The translations under genes were made by a program, and so were the position numbers. Shown here piece after piece: positions 48,102-57,977 of a stretch of DNA of 58,661 bases. Origin of the DNA: an uncultured Anaerotignum sp. (GTDB lineage Bacteria > Bacillota > Clostridia > Lachnospirales > Anaerotignaceae); contig CALWKZ010000117.1 in the NCBI GenBank assembly GCA_944381385.1, forward strand, positions 1 to 58,661, given 5' to 3'. The notes under the pieces are model-generated. The model did not search any database. It saw only the letters and a program-made list of their open reading frames with translations, and had not been told where the DNA came from. Each line of letters begins with the position of its first letter. The stretch's first letter is position 1.

Positions 48102-48914
48102 ATGACCTCAAAATTTGAAGGAAGCAAGAATTACGTCGCCAGCGAAGAGCTGATGCGTTCTGTAAATATCGCCATGGCGCTGGAAAAGCCCCTGCTCATC
48201 AAAGGGGAGCCGGGCACCGGCAAGACCATGCTGGCGGAGGCCATTTCCGAGGCTTTGGGCAAAAAGCTCATCATCTGGAACATCAAGTCCACCACAAAGG
48301 CCCAGGACGGCCTGTATGTCTATGACGTAGTACAGCGTCTGTATGACAGCCAGTTCGGCAACGAAGGCGTAGACGATATCGCCAAATACGTAAAGCTGGG
48401 CAAGCTGGGGGAGGCCTTCTCCTCCGAGGAACAGGTGATCCTGCTTATTGACGAGATCGACAAAGCGGATCTGGAATTCCCCAACGACCTGCTGTGGGAG
48501 CTGGACAAAATGGAATTTTATATCCCTGAAACGAAGGAGACCGTAAAGGCGAAACGCCGCCCCATCGTCATCATCACCTCCAACGCGGAAAAGGAACTGC
48601 CCGACGCTTTCCTGCGCCGCTGTATCTTCCACTATATCGAATTCCCCGATGCGCAGCAGATGGAGGAAATCATCAAGGTACACTTCGACCATGTGGAGGA
48701 GCATCTGCTGGAGCAGGTGCTGGAGACCTTTTACTGGATCAGAGGGCTGTACAGCATCCAGAAAAAACCCAGCACCTCCGAGGTCATCGACTGGATTCAC
48801 GCGCTGGTACTGGGCGGCATGGATCCGGACAAGATCCGCCAGACAGTACCCTTTGCCGGTGTGCTGCTGAAGAAAAACGAGGATCTGGATACCCTGAACC
48901 GTTATTTACGATAA
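48102..48914 (+). CDS. MoxR-family AAA+ ATPase
   Basis: GEPGTGKT, LIDEIDKAD, ELPDAFLRRC. Confidence 0.92.
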   Translation: MTSKFEGSKNYVASEELMRSVNIAMALEKPLLIKGEPGTGKTMLAEAISEALGKKLIIWNIKSTTKAQDGLYVYDVVQRLYDSQFGNEGVDDIAKYVKLGKLGEAFSSEEQVILLIDEIDKADLEFPNDLLWELDKMEFYIPETKETVKAKRRPIVIITSNAEKELPDAFLRRCIFHYIEFPDAQQMEEIIKVHFDHVEEHLLEQVLETFYWIRGLYSIQKKPSTSEVIDWIHALVLGGMDPDKIRQTVPFAGVLLKKNEDLDTLNRYLR

Positions 48915-48926
48915 GCAGGTGATTCT

Positions 48927-50123
48927 ATGTTTACGGCATTTTTCTATCTGCTGCGGGCCAGAGGCTTAAAGGTCTCCCTGAACGAGTGGATGTCTCTGAT
49001 CGAGGCCCTGGACAAAGGGCTTCACGGCTCCTCTTTCACAGGCTTTTACTATCTCTGCCGCAGTATATTAGTCAAAAGCGAGGCGGACTTCGATAAATTC
49101 GACGGCGCCTTCCTGGAATTTTTCAAGGATATGCCTATGACGGACGAACTGCCCCAGGAGCTGCTGGACTGGCTGGAAAATCCCAAGGAAAAGCCCGGCA
49201 CAGAATTCGATATGGAGCGTGCCATGCAGAACCAATGGCTTTCCCAGCAGGAGATCCAGAAGATGTTCCTGGAACGTCTGGAGGAACAGAAGGAAGAACA
49301 CAACGGCGGCAGCTACTGGGTAGGCACCGGCGGCGTTTCCGTATTCGGCAACAGCGGCTTCAGCCCCCGGGGCATCCGCGTGGGCGGCGAAGGCGGCCAG
49401 AAGCGGGCCTTCCAGGTAGCCAGCGAGCGAAAATTCCGGGATTTCCGTCATGACAATACGCTGGATACCCGTCAGTTCCAGATGGCCTTCCGCAGACTGC
49501 GGCAGTTTTCTTCCCGGGCGGAGGACGCCAAAACAGAGTTCGACATCGACGGCACCATCCGGGAAACCTGCGACAACGCCGGGAATTTACAGGTGGTCTA
49601 TGAACGGCCCAGAAAAAATACGGTTAAGGTCCTGCTGCTGATGGACAGCGGCGGCTCCATGGACTATTACAGCCGGCTCTGCTCCGCCCTCTTCCAGGCT
49701 GTCAGCAAGTCCAACCATTTCAAGGACTTGCAGGTATTCTATTTCCACAACTGCATTTACTCCAAGGTATATAAGGACCCTCGTCTGCTGCCAAAATCCG
49801 TCATCCCTACAGAATGGATTCTGAAAAACCTCAGCAGCGAGTATAAGGTCATCATCGTCGGCGACGCCCAGATGGAGCCTTCGGAGCTTCTGGACGGCAG
49901 CTATTACAGTTATGGTGTCCGGGACAAGACCTCCGGCATGGAATGGTTGAACCGGTTCCGGGAAAAATATCCCCATCTGGTCTGGCTGAATCCCTCGGAA
50001 CGTCCCCACTGGGGCGGCTGGTGGGCCAAGACCTACGATATCATCAACAAAGAATTCGATATGCACGATCTGACCATCGAAGGGCTGAACGATGCCCTGA
50101 AAAAACTTATGGTGAATCGGTAA
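48927..50123 (+). CDS. VWA-domain protein (CoxE-like)
   Basis: DSGGSM MIDAS, FHNC, IVGDA, WLNP; partner of the ATPase. Confidence 0.88.
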   Translation: MFTAFFYLLRARGLKVSLNEWMSLIEALDKGLHGSSFTGFYYLCRSILVKSEADFDKFDGAFLEFFKDMPMTDELPQELLDWLENPKEKPGTEFDMERAMQNQWLSQQEIQKMFLERLEEQKEEHNGGSYWVGTGGVSVFGNSGFSPRGIRVGGEGGQKRAFQVASERKFRDFRHDNTLDTRQFQMAFRRLRQFSSRAEDAKTEFDIDGTIRETCDNAGNLQVVYERPRKNTVKVLLLMDSGGSMDYYSRLCSALFQAVSKSNHFKDLQVFYFHNCIYSKVYKDPRLLPKSVIPTEWILKNLSSEYKVIIVGDAQMEPSELLDGSYYSYGVRDKTSGMEWLNRFREKYPHLVWLNPSERPHWGGWWAKTYDIINKEFDMHDLTIEGLNDALKKLMVNR

Positions 50124-50175
50124 AACAGAAAAGGGAATTTCCTGAGTATCAGGAAATTCCCTTTTTTCTTCGTTC

Positions 50176-51669
50176 TTATTCCCCCAGCATTTCCTCTACC
50201 TTTGCCAGCAGATGCTTTGCCGCCTCCCCGGGATGCTCCTTGGCGAAAATAGCCGAGATAACGGAAACACCGTCGATGCCGCTGCCCTTCAGCTGCATCA
50301 CGTTGTTTTCATTGATGCCGCCGATGGCCACTACGGGAATGGTCACCGCCTTGCAGATGGCCAGCAGCTCCTCGTTGGTCAGGGACTGGGCATCCTTTTT
50401 GGTATCCGTATGGAACACCGCCCCTACGCCGATATAATCGGCGCCGCTTTCCTGGGCCTTGACCGCCGTTTCCACCGTATTGGCGGAAATGCCCAGAATC
50501 TTGTCCGGGCCGATGAGAGCACGCACATCCTTGCCCACAATATCGCTCTGGCCTACATGGACGCCGTCGGCGCCGCTTTCCAAAGCGATGTCGATATCGT
50601 CATTGACCACAAAAGGCACATGGTACTTCTTCGCCAGGGCCGCCAGATCCTTGGCCTCCGCCAAAAAGGATGCTCTGTCCAGCTCCTTTTCCCGAATCTG
50701 TAAAAAAGTCGCCCCTGCCGCCAGCACTTCTTCCGTCACGTCATGGAGCGTTCTGCCCTTCAGCCAGCTGCGGTCTGTAATGGCGTAGAGCTTCATAGAT
50801 TCTCTCGTTGCTTTTTCTGCCAAGTCCAATTCCTCCAGTCTCGTTCTGTTCTGTAATGTTTCCGCGTCCAGCAGGCTCACCGTATCCACCAGATGGGTGC
50901 GGAAGGTCAGTGTGCCCGCGCCCTGGGCCTGGGTTTTCTCTCTGGCGATCTCGCCGCTGACCCCCATGAGGGCCACAGCGCAGACAGCCGCCTCCAGAAT
51001 ATGATCCGGATTGCCGCCGCAGTACGCCCCCAGCAGCGCCGTCAGCATACAGCCGCTGCCGGTGATGCGGCTCATCATGGCGTCGCCGTTGCGCAGGGCA
51101 AAGACACGGTCTCCGGAAGCGATAATATCAATGACACCGGAAATGGCGATGACCGCCCCGGTCTTTCTGGCCATATCTCTGGCCATTCTGCCAAAGGCCT
51201 TATAATTGGTCTCCGTGATCTTATCCTCTTCCGCCGCGTCCACGCCTCTGGTGGAGCCTGTTCCCAGAGCCAGATGCTTGATCTCGGAGGTATTGCCCCG
51301 GATGACGGAAAACTGCACATTTTCCAACAGCTTCTTGCCGCCGGCCCGACGCAGAGAGGTAGCGCCTACGGCCACAGGGTCCAGTACCACCGGCACACCG
51401 GCTTCGTTAGCCGCTTTTCCCGCCACCAGCATGGCCGCCACATCCTCCATAGTGCCCATATTCATCACAAGGCCCTGTACGACGGAAGCCACTTCCGCCA
51501 CCTCATCCACCTCATGGGCCATGGTGGGAGAGCCGCCTGCCGCCAGTATAATATTAGCGCATTCGTTCACCGTTACAAAATTGGTAATGGCCTGCACAAT
51601 GGGCTCTTTTTCCCGCACATTCCCCATCAACTCCGGGAACATAGCCAAAACGTCGCTGCCTGTTTTCAT
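50176..51669 (-). CDS. thiM-thiE: Bifunctional hydroxyethylthiazole kinase / thiamine-phosphate synthase
   Basis: ITNFVT..AN, VLDPVA, IRGN.SEI, ITGSGC (ThiM) then LYAITD, QIREK, VNDD, GVHVGQSD, VAIGGI (ThiE) in one ORF. Confidence 0.92.
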   Translation of the reverse strand: MKTGSDVLAMFPELMGNVREKEPIVQAITNFVTVNECANIILAAGGSPTMAHEVDEVAEVASVVQGLVMNMGTMEDVAAMLVAGKAANEAGVPVVLDPVAVGATSLRRAGGKKLLENVQFSVIRGNTSEIKHLALGTGSTRGVDAAEEDKITETNYKAFGRMARDMARKTGAVIAISGVIDIIASGDRVFALRNGDAMMSRITGSGCMLTALLGAYCGGNPDHILEAAVCAVALMGVSGEIAREKTQAQGAGTLTFRTHLVDTVSLLDAETLQNRTRLEELDLAEKATRESMKLYAITDRSWLKGRTLHDVTEEVLAAGATFLQIREKELDRASFLAEAKDLAALAKKYHVPFVVNDDIDIALESGADGVHVGQSDIVGKDVRALIGPDKILGISANTVETAVKAQESGADYIGVGAVFHTDTKKDAQSLTNEELLAICKAVTIPVVAIGGINENNVMQLKGSGIDGVSVISAIFAKEHPGEAAKHLLAKVEEMLGE

Positions 51670-51685
51670 ATGCCGCTGCCTCCTT

Positions 51686-52198
51686 TTATTTCCTGTTGAG
51701 TTTTTCCATCATTCTCGCGAACACGCCTGCCCGCTTCAGTCCCGTAATCACCAGCACCGCCAGGAATGCCCCCATAGCGGAAGACGGCACAAAGGCGGGG
51801 ATGTATACAAAGGGCGTCTGCAAATCCATACCGTACAGATGCTTCATGACGGGATATGCCGCCAGAGCGCTGAGGATACCGGTGCCGAAGATCTCCCCGA
51901 TAACTGCCATATAGAGCTTTCCGCCGGATTTCCGGTACAAAAGCCCCGATAAAAAAGCGCCGATGACCGCGCCGATCACCGCCAGCGCCGTCCGTCCCGT
52001 CATCATCCGCAGCACCCCTGTGATCAGCGCCGCCAGGAACCCCCAGTAGGGGCCTACGAACACCGCCGCCAGCACATTGATAAAATGCTGGAAGGGGGCC
52101 ATATTGGGGAACCAGACCACCGAGGACAGGGCAAAGCCCATGCCGGCAAATATGGCCGTCAGCACCATCTGCATCACATAATTCCTGTTTTTCCGCAT
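51686..52198 (-). CDS. thiW: ECF S-component, thiazole transporter
   Basis: PFQHFINVLAAVFVGP, GEIFGTG; behind TPP riboswitch. Confidence 0.88.
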   Translation of the reverse strand: MRKNRNYVMQMVLTAIFAGMGFALSSVVWFPNMAPFQHFINVLAAVFVGPYWGFLAALITGVLRMMTGRTALAVIGAVIGAFLSGLLYRKSGGKLYMAVIGEIFGTGILSALAAYPVMKHLYGMDLQTPFVYIPAFVPSSAMGAFLAVLVITGLKRAGVFARMMEKLNRK

Positions 52199-52298
52199 TT
52201 TCTGCTCCTTCCTTTCTTCCGCCGGGAAAGACCGCATAAAAAAAGGATTTCCTCTGGAAATCCATCGTCGTATACGCCCGGACGGAAAAAAGCCGTCC

Positions 52299-52388
52299 TG
52301 CGTCCCTCCGTTGGCATTGTCCAAATCAGGTCAAAAGGTCGGAAAATCACGTTTTCCCTCTCAGCCTCCCTACAGAAGCTCCCTTCGC
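52299..52388 (-). ncRNA. TPP riboswitch
   Basis: GGGAGC..CTGAGAGG..GACC..GACCTGATTTGGACAATGCCAACGGAGGGA; terminator at about 52237-52263. Confidence 0.9.
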
Positions 52389-52552
52389 GTTCTGCTGTCA
52401 TTATAGTACGCTTTTCGCCCTTTGTCAACGAAGGTCGGGGCAGATAAAAAAGGACGGCCTGCGCCGTCCTTTTGGAAAGAGGAATTTGCCGTAATCTTTT
52501 ACGGCAAAGTGCCTGCTCTTTGGTAGTTTGGCCGGCCCCGTACCGCCCGCCT

Positions 52553-52690
52553 TCTTTGGTATCCCTTTGTCTTTTTTTCTTTTGTATGGTCTTTCTTTTT
52601 TCTGATTGCTTCTTTTGTATTTTTCTTTATTTTATCTTTGGTATTTTTTCTGTGTTTCTCTTTTGTATTTTTGTATTTTTTCTTTCGTAT
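52553..52690. repeat. Six spaced copies of TCTTT(T/G/C)GTAT in a T-rich tract
   Basis: Copies start at 52553, 52578, 52611, 52635, 52659 and 52681. Confidence 0.65.
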
Positions 52691-53090
52691 CTTGGAAAAA
52701 TCCATAAAAAAAGTTCCCCGCTGACTTGCAGGGAACCGTTTTTGCCGAATCCTTTTTTCTTTGGAAAACCACGTTTTCCGCCAAAGATCTGAACAATTTT
52801 TTCCGCACGCCAAATCAGCCCTATTTCACCATAGCCCCAGCAGGGTAATGTAAATAGCGCTAATTAGGAGCACAATACCATATGCGTTTGTACGGATTTT
52901 TCTGGTGTCCATATCTTCGACTCTCCTTGTATTTTTTCGCGAACACTTCGCAAGAAAAAGATACCACTTTTTCCCTGTCCCCGTCAATGGAAAAAGTGCC
53001 TCTTGTTTTTTTGGAAATACATGGATTTTTGGTAGTTATTTCAAAAAATTACGCCTTTGCCGACTCTTGTCAAACAAAGGCGCTTTTCTC

Positions 53091-53405
53091 TTACAGCAGC
53101 TGATCCAGTTTTTCCTTCAGGATATTGGCAGGCACCGCGCCGATGACGCTGTCCGCAACCTTGCCGTCCTTAAAGAAGATCATATTCGGCACGCTCATAA
53201 CCTGGTACTTCCGCGCCAGATCCATAGCCTGATCGATATCTACCTTTACTACCTTGGCCTTTTCGCCATATTCCGCCTGGAGCTGTTCCAGTACAGGGCC
53301 CATCATCTGGCAGGGGCCGCACCAGGTTGCGAAAAAGTCCACCAATACGGGTACTTTGCTTTCCATTACTTCCTTCTGAAAGGCATCCGCTTTGATCTGC
53401 ATCAT
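53091..53405 (-). CDS. trxA: Thioredoxin
   Basis: VDFFATWCGPC; AAGGAGG RBS. Confidence 0.95.
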   Translation of the reverse strand: MMQIKADAFQKEVMESKVPVLVDFFATWCGPCQMMGPVLEQLQAEYGEKAKVVKVDIDQAMDLARKYQVMSVPNMIFFKDGKVADSVIGAVPANILKEKLDQLL

Positions 53406-53687
53406 GATAAATTCCTCCTTTGTTTCCTTTATTCTATACCGTAAATCAATGTTTATCCTATTTGTTATAGACAGTATAGCAAAGTTTTCCACATATGTCA
53501 ATAACTTATATTAAATAATAATAATTATTATTTAAATTATTTTTCTCAGGAGGTATAACTTTTCCAAAGACGGACATACTGTTCTCGAAGGGTGTGATTC
53601 TCCCCCCATACAAAATCACATTCTTTCTACTTCTTCCCCTTAACAAAGCGGCCCCGCGGACCTTTTGGTCCGTGGAGCCGCTTTTCC

Positions 53688-54497
53688 TTACTGCAAAGAA
53701 GTATATTTTTTTACCAATACGCCGGAGATCACCAGGTAGACCGCCGTAAAGCAGAGGATCGCCACGATAGAAGGCACAAAGAACACTTGCAGCCCTCTGG
53801 AAAACTCTATGATATCCCCCAGACTGATCAGATAGTTCATACTGCTTTCCAGGGTATCCTGAGAAAGCATGGGGATCAGGTCTGTGATCTTCCCCTCCGC
53901 AAAGGTGATAACGAAATAAAATACCAGGGCCAATATGCCGTTGGCCCGGCGGAAGCAGGGCAGATGGCCCAGTGTCACCGCCAGATAGATCACGGCAACC
54001 TGCTCCAGAATGCTCAAAAACAAAGTAACCACAACAAGAAACAGCGTATTGCGCAGATCCGCCATAGCCCAGAGATTCGCCGCCTCCCGCCAGAACTCCT
54101 CTTTTGTGATGGAAGGCGCTATGGAGCCGTACAAAATGGAAAAACACAGCAGGCCGCACAGCAGCCAGATGATAAAGCCCCAGACAGCGGCGGCAATAAA
54201 CTTCCCCGCTATCAGCTCCGCCGTGCGCACCGGCAGAGTAAAGGTCAGATAGCCTTCGCTGCCGTACATACTTTTCTGATAGCGCAGAGCCGTATAGACC
54301 AGAAACAGAATCACCAGCACCAGAATCGCCACAGTGCAGCCGGTGATCCAAAACGGCGCCAACAATAAATAGGAAAAATCATCGTGCCCCGCCCGGTTGA
54401 CGGCTGCCGCCAGAGCAAACAGCAGCGCAATGGCGCAGGCCACGATGTACAAAGGGCTGCTTGCCCGTAAATCATGCTTGATTACCTTCCCCAACAT
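53688..54497 (-). CDS. ABC-2-type permease
   Basis: EGYLTFTLPV...GK motif; about 6 TM segments. Confidence 0.8.
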   Translation of the reverse strand: MLGKVIKHDLRASSPLYIVACAIALLFALAAAVNRAGHDDFSYLLLAPFWITGCTVAILVLVILFLVYTALRYQKSMYGSEGYLTFTLPVRTAELIAGKFIAAAVWGFIIWLLCGLLCFSILYGSIAPSITKEEFWREAANLWAMADLRNTLFLVVVTLFLSILEQVAVIYLAVTLGHLPCFRRANGILALVFYFVITFAEGKITDLIPMLSQDTLESSMNYLISLGDIIEFSRGLQVFFVPSIVAILCFTAVYLVISGVLVKKYTSLQ

Positions 54498-55189
54498 TAC
54501 CGATACACCTCCCGAAAATACTGATCCAGGGACATCCCCGTTTCCGCCCGGAGGATATCCACCTGCTCATTCAAAAAGACTCTGCCGTTTTTCAGGAACA
54601 CCGCCCTGTCGAAGATCTGCTCCACGTCATGGACCAGATGGGTGGAGAGCAGCACAGAGCTGTTTTCCGTATACTGGCTCAAAATGGTATGGAGGATATA
54701 ATCTCTGGTGGAAGGGTCTACGCCGCCCAGAGGCTCGTCCAGCACATAGAGCTTGGCCTTCCGGCTCATGACAAAAATCAGCTGCAATTTTTCCTGCATC
54801 CCCTTGGACATGGCGCCGATCTTCTGCTTGGAGTCCAGGTTCAGGTCCATAGCCATCTCCATGGCCTTCTTCTCGTCAAAATCCGCGTAGAAATCTCGGA
54901 ACATGCCGATGGCGCTGCGGATATTTTCGCTTTTGCGAAAATACGTCTGCTCCGGCAGATAGGAAATGATGGATTTGCTGCCGATGCCTACCGGGGCGCC
55001 GTTGACCAGCACGCTGCCGTCATAGGTCTGGATCAGACCGCTGATGATCTTCATGAGGGTGGTCTTGCCCGCGCCGTTGGGCCCCAGCAGACCGATGATC
55101 TCCCCTTCCTCCAGCGTCAAATTCAGCCCCGCCAGCACCGTATGGTTCCCGTAACGATGTTCCAGATTTTTGATCTCCAGTAAACTCAT
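54497..55189 (-). CDS. ABC ATPase (YtrB-like)
   Basis: GPNGAGKTT, MSKGM, VLDEP, STH. Confidence 0.92.
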   Translation of the reverse strand: MSLLEIKNLEHRYGNHTVLAGLNLTLEEGEIIGLLGPNGAGKTTLMKIISGLIQTYDGSVLVNGAPVGIGSKSIISYLPEQTYFRKSENIRSAIGMFRDFYADFDEKKAMEMAMDLNLDSKQKIGAMSKGMQEKLQLIFVMSRKAKLYVLDEPLGGVDPSTRDYILHTILSQYTENSSVLLSTHLVHDVEQIFDRAVFLKNGRVFLNEQVDILRAETGMSLDQYFREVYR

Positions 55190-55557
55190 ATTGTTTCCTC
55201 TCCCTTCTCGCCCATGGCTTTTACATAAGACGCTACTTCTTCCGTGGTAAAGCCGATCTTTTTCATATACGCCAGATATTTTTCCGTTTCCTCTCTGGCA
55301 AAGGACTTCCTTTTTTCCGCCAGAACGCCTTCCTCCCTCGTCAGGAACCGTCCGCTGGTCCGTTCCGTATAGACCAGGCCGTCCCGCTCCATTTCCGCCA
55401 TGGCCCGCTGCATGGTATTGGGATTGACGCCGAACTGGGCCGCCAGCTCCCGCACCGGCGGTATTTTTTCGCCGGGCTCCATGGCGCCGGACAAGGCCCG
55501 CAGGGTCATTTCCTTTACGATCTGCAAATAAATGGGTAAACCGTTGTCAAACTGCAC
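55186..55557 (-). CDS. GntR regulator, YtrA subfamily
   Basis: PIYLQI..PPVRELA....VNPNTMQRA; short C-terminus. Confidence 0.92.
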   Translation of the reverse strand: MQFDNGLPIYLQIVKEMTLRALSGAMEPGEKIPPVRELAAQFGVNPNTMQRAMAEMERDGLVYTERTSGRFLTREEGVLAEKRKSFAREETEKYLAYMKKIGFTTEEVASYVKAMGEKGEETI

Positions 55558-55570
55558 GGAATCACCTTCC

Positions 55571-56356
55571 TTAACTCAAGTAATCTAATTTCTTTTCCCC
55601 CAGATACAGGGTCAGCCCCACATACAGCCCCATCCGCAGCAGCATCACCACCGGCACCATTGCCACCGCGGCGTAAAACAGCCCTGCCGGTATCCCGTCT
55701 ATGGCATACAGTCCCACGGCAGCCAGCCCCAGCATCCCTTGCAGCAGCAGCGCCGCCAGCGGCTCCGCCACAAAGAACAGCAGCAGCGCAAATCCCACGG
55801 CCGCCCAAAAGGCGTATCTGCGGAACCGGGGCAAGTGGCCCGCGGCGACAGCAAAGCAAATGCCGTAGATGGTCCCCATCCAAAACAGGAACTGTGCCGC
55901 CAGCATACAGGCAATCATAGCGCCGCTTTCCCATGTGCGGGAAAAAAAGGATATGCCTTCCGAAAACAGCGGTGCAGCCATAAAAAGCATCCCTCCCGCC
56001 GCAGCCAGAAGAGCCATGCCCGCCAGCCACACCAGCGGCGCCGCCAGCTTTCCGAAAAGCACCTGCCGGGGGCTTGCGGGAAGAGTCATCCAGAAAGCGC
56101 CTTCCCGGCCGAATACACTTTTTGAAAAACGATAGATGGTATAGACCGTAAAAAATATCAAACTGCCCACCCAAAGCACATAAATCCCCATCATGGAGAA
56201 CAAATTCAGCCAATGGCTCCCGTTCATGGACGAAACTGCCGCCGGTTCTCTATTGACCAGCAGGCCGAAAACACCGCTTACAGCCAGCAGCCCGAAGATC
56301 ACCAGATAGACCGGCTTCTGCTGCCGCAGTTCTTCTTTACAAACCCTTCTCCACAT
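55571..56356 (-). CDS. ABC-2-type permease (paralog of 53688-54497)
   Basis: EGAFWMTLPA..GK and GHLPRFRR match EGYLTFTLPV..GK and GHLPCFRR. Confidence 0.78.
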   Translation of the reverse strand: MWRRVCKEELRQQKPVYLVIFGLLAVSGVFGLLVNREPAAVSSMNGSHWLNLFSMMGIYVLWVGSLIFFTVYTIYRFSKSVFGREGAFWMTLPASPRQVLFGKLAAPLVWLAGMALLAAAGGMLFMAAPLFSEGISFFSRTWESGAMIACMLAAQFLFWMGTIYGICFAVAAGHLPRFRRYAFWAAVGFALLLFFVAEPLAALLLQGMLGLAAVGLYAIDGIPAGLFYAAVAMVPVVMLLRMGLYVGLTLYLGEKKLDYLS

Positions 56357-56372
56357 AGCGCATCTCCTTTCT

Positions 56373-56425
56373 GTATTATTGTATTAACTTACTAATACAA
56401 TAATACGCTATCTTCCCTCTGTCAA
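56373..56425 (-). promoter_or_regulatory. YtrA-type operator overlapping a sigmaA promoter
   Basis: Perfect 14-bp IR GTATTATTGTATTA-N6-TAATACAATAATAC (56373-56406); TTGACA-N17-TATTGT. Confidence 0.85.
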
Positions 56426-56522
56426 TGGCTCCCGCGCAATCTTAAGCATCTCTTAAACATTCCCCATTAAAAAAGGCGCGCCGCCCAAATACCGGCAGCG
56501 CACCTTTTTTCTCTCCATAGTA

Positions 56523-56999
56523 TTATGCTGTTTTTTCCGCCCGCACCAGAAACAGCCGCCGGAACAAAAACCGTACCAGAGGCCCGCAGTAAAAGATCTG
56601 CCAGAAAAAGGCCATGGGGAAATTCCGGATGACCGTTCCCAGCCACTGATTGACGAAATCCCCGCTGATACCGTGGAAGATCAGCGTCGCCCACAGGCTC
56701 ATGGTGGGGCACATGAGGCTAACCGTAATTCCGGAGCGCACCAGTGTCACCAAAATGGGCAGATCCTTCCCCGGCGTCACCAGTCGGAACGCCAGTTTCT
56801 GGGCCAGCTTGTCCATGACAAAAAAGCTGCTGACAAAGCAGAGGGGCACCATGAACCGCATTTCTCCAAACATTATGGGAAAGACGGCTCTGGTCCATTC
56901 TCCCAGCTGGAGGGAGCCGTTGTAAAACTCCATGCCCAGCACCATAAATATGGACATGAGCAGACAAAAGACAACTTCCTGAAACAATGTTTTCGGCAT
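56523..56999 (-). CDS. DUF2798-like membrane protein
   Basis: MPKT..Q..F, MCPTMS, RNFPMA..Q....GPLVR; AAGGAG RBS. Confidence 0.75.
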   Translation of the reverse strand: MPKTLFQEVVFCLLMSIFMVLGMEFYNGSLQLGEWTRAVFPIMFGEMRFMVPLCFVSSFFVMDKLAQKLAFRLVTPGKDLPILVTLVRSGITVSLMCPTMSLWATLIFHGISGDFVNQWLGTVIRNFPMAFFWQIFYCGPLVRFLFRRLFLVRAEKTA

Positions 57000-57154
57000 T
57001 TTCCTACACTCCTTTTTTCCACAAAAAAACAGCCTGCCGGGAAAACAACTGGACTTATGTTTTCACTGCACGCTGTTCAGATCGTATCGTATTTTCTTTC
57101 TTATTTCATTATAGCAAAAAATTTTCCGCCGTGTAAGTACTATTTTCAGAAATC

Positions 57155-57958
57155 TCAATATTTCTCAATATCAATGATCTCCGCCTCATACCGCTTTTTC
57201 AAAGCCTTCTGGCAGAGGAAGCCGAACATATCCGTCGTATCGCTGAGATAGAACCGACGCTCTCCCTCAGTTTCGCTTTCATTGAGCTGGCCTCTGGCCG
57301 CCAGAAAATCCATGACCTGTCTGGCTGTGGCCTTGGCCGGGTCCACCAGCTTCACACTGTCGCCCACCGTGGTGCCGATACAGCGCTTCAGCAAAGGATA
57401 ATGGGTACATCCCAGCACCAGAGAATCAATGCCCTTTGCCAAAAGCTCCGCCAGATAACTCTGGGCTGTCAGCCGGGACACATCGTTGTCCGTCCAGCCC
57501 TCCTCCGCCAGAGGCACAAACAGCGGGCAGGCCTTGGAAAACACCTGGATCTCCGGATTGGCCTCCCGGATCATGGTCTCATAGGCACCGGAGCGGACCG
57601 TAGCCGCCGTACCGATGATGCCTACTTTTTTATTTTTTGTGGCTTTCACCGCCGCCTCTACCCCCGGCACTACCACGCCGAAAACGGGAATCTCCGTAGC
57701 CTGCCGCATGGCCTCCAGGCTGTTGGAGCTGGCGGTATTGCAGGCCACAATAATGGCCTTTACATCTTTTGTCTTTAAAAACCGTACATTTTGCAGGGAA
57801 AACTTTGTAACAGCCTCCTTTGACTTGGAGCCATAAGGCACTCTGGCCGTATCCCCGAAATATACGATATTCTCATGGGGCATGACCTTCATGACCTGTT
57901 TTACCACGGTCAGACCGCCGACGCCCGAGTCAAATACCCCGATTGGTCTTGTATCCAT
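57155..57958 (-). CDS. murI: Glutamate racemase
   Basis: FDSGVGG, PYGSK, ACNTAS, LGCTHYP. Confidence 0.97.
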   Translation of the reverse strand: MDTRPIGVFDSGVGGLTVVKQVMKVMPHENIVYFGDTARVPYGSKSKEAVTKFSLQNVRFLKTKDVKAIIVACNTASSNSLEAMRQATEIPVFGVVVPGVEAAVKATKNKKVGIIGTAATVRSGAYETMIREANPEIQVFSKACPLFVPLAEEGWTDNDVSRLTAQSYLAELLAKGIDSLVLGCTHYPLLKRCIGTTVGDSVKLVDPAKATARQVMDFLAARGQLNESETEGERRFYLSDTTDMFGFLCQKALKKRYEAEIIDIEKY

Positions 57959-57977
57959 CCTGTTTCTGCTCCTATTC

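Noticed and set aside
52553-52690. CRISPR array
   Set aside because: 10-bp units, 12-23-nt low-complexity gaps, no cas genes; no CRISPR seen anywhere in the window.
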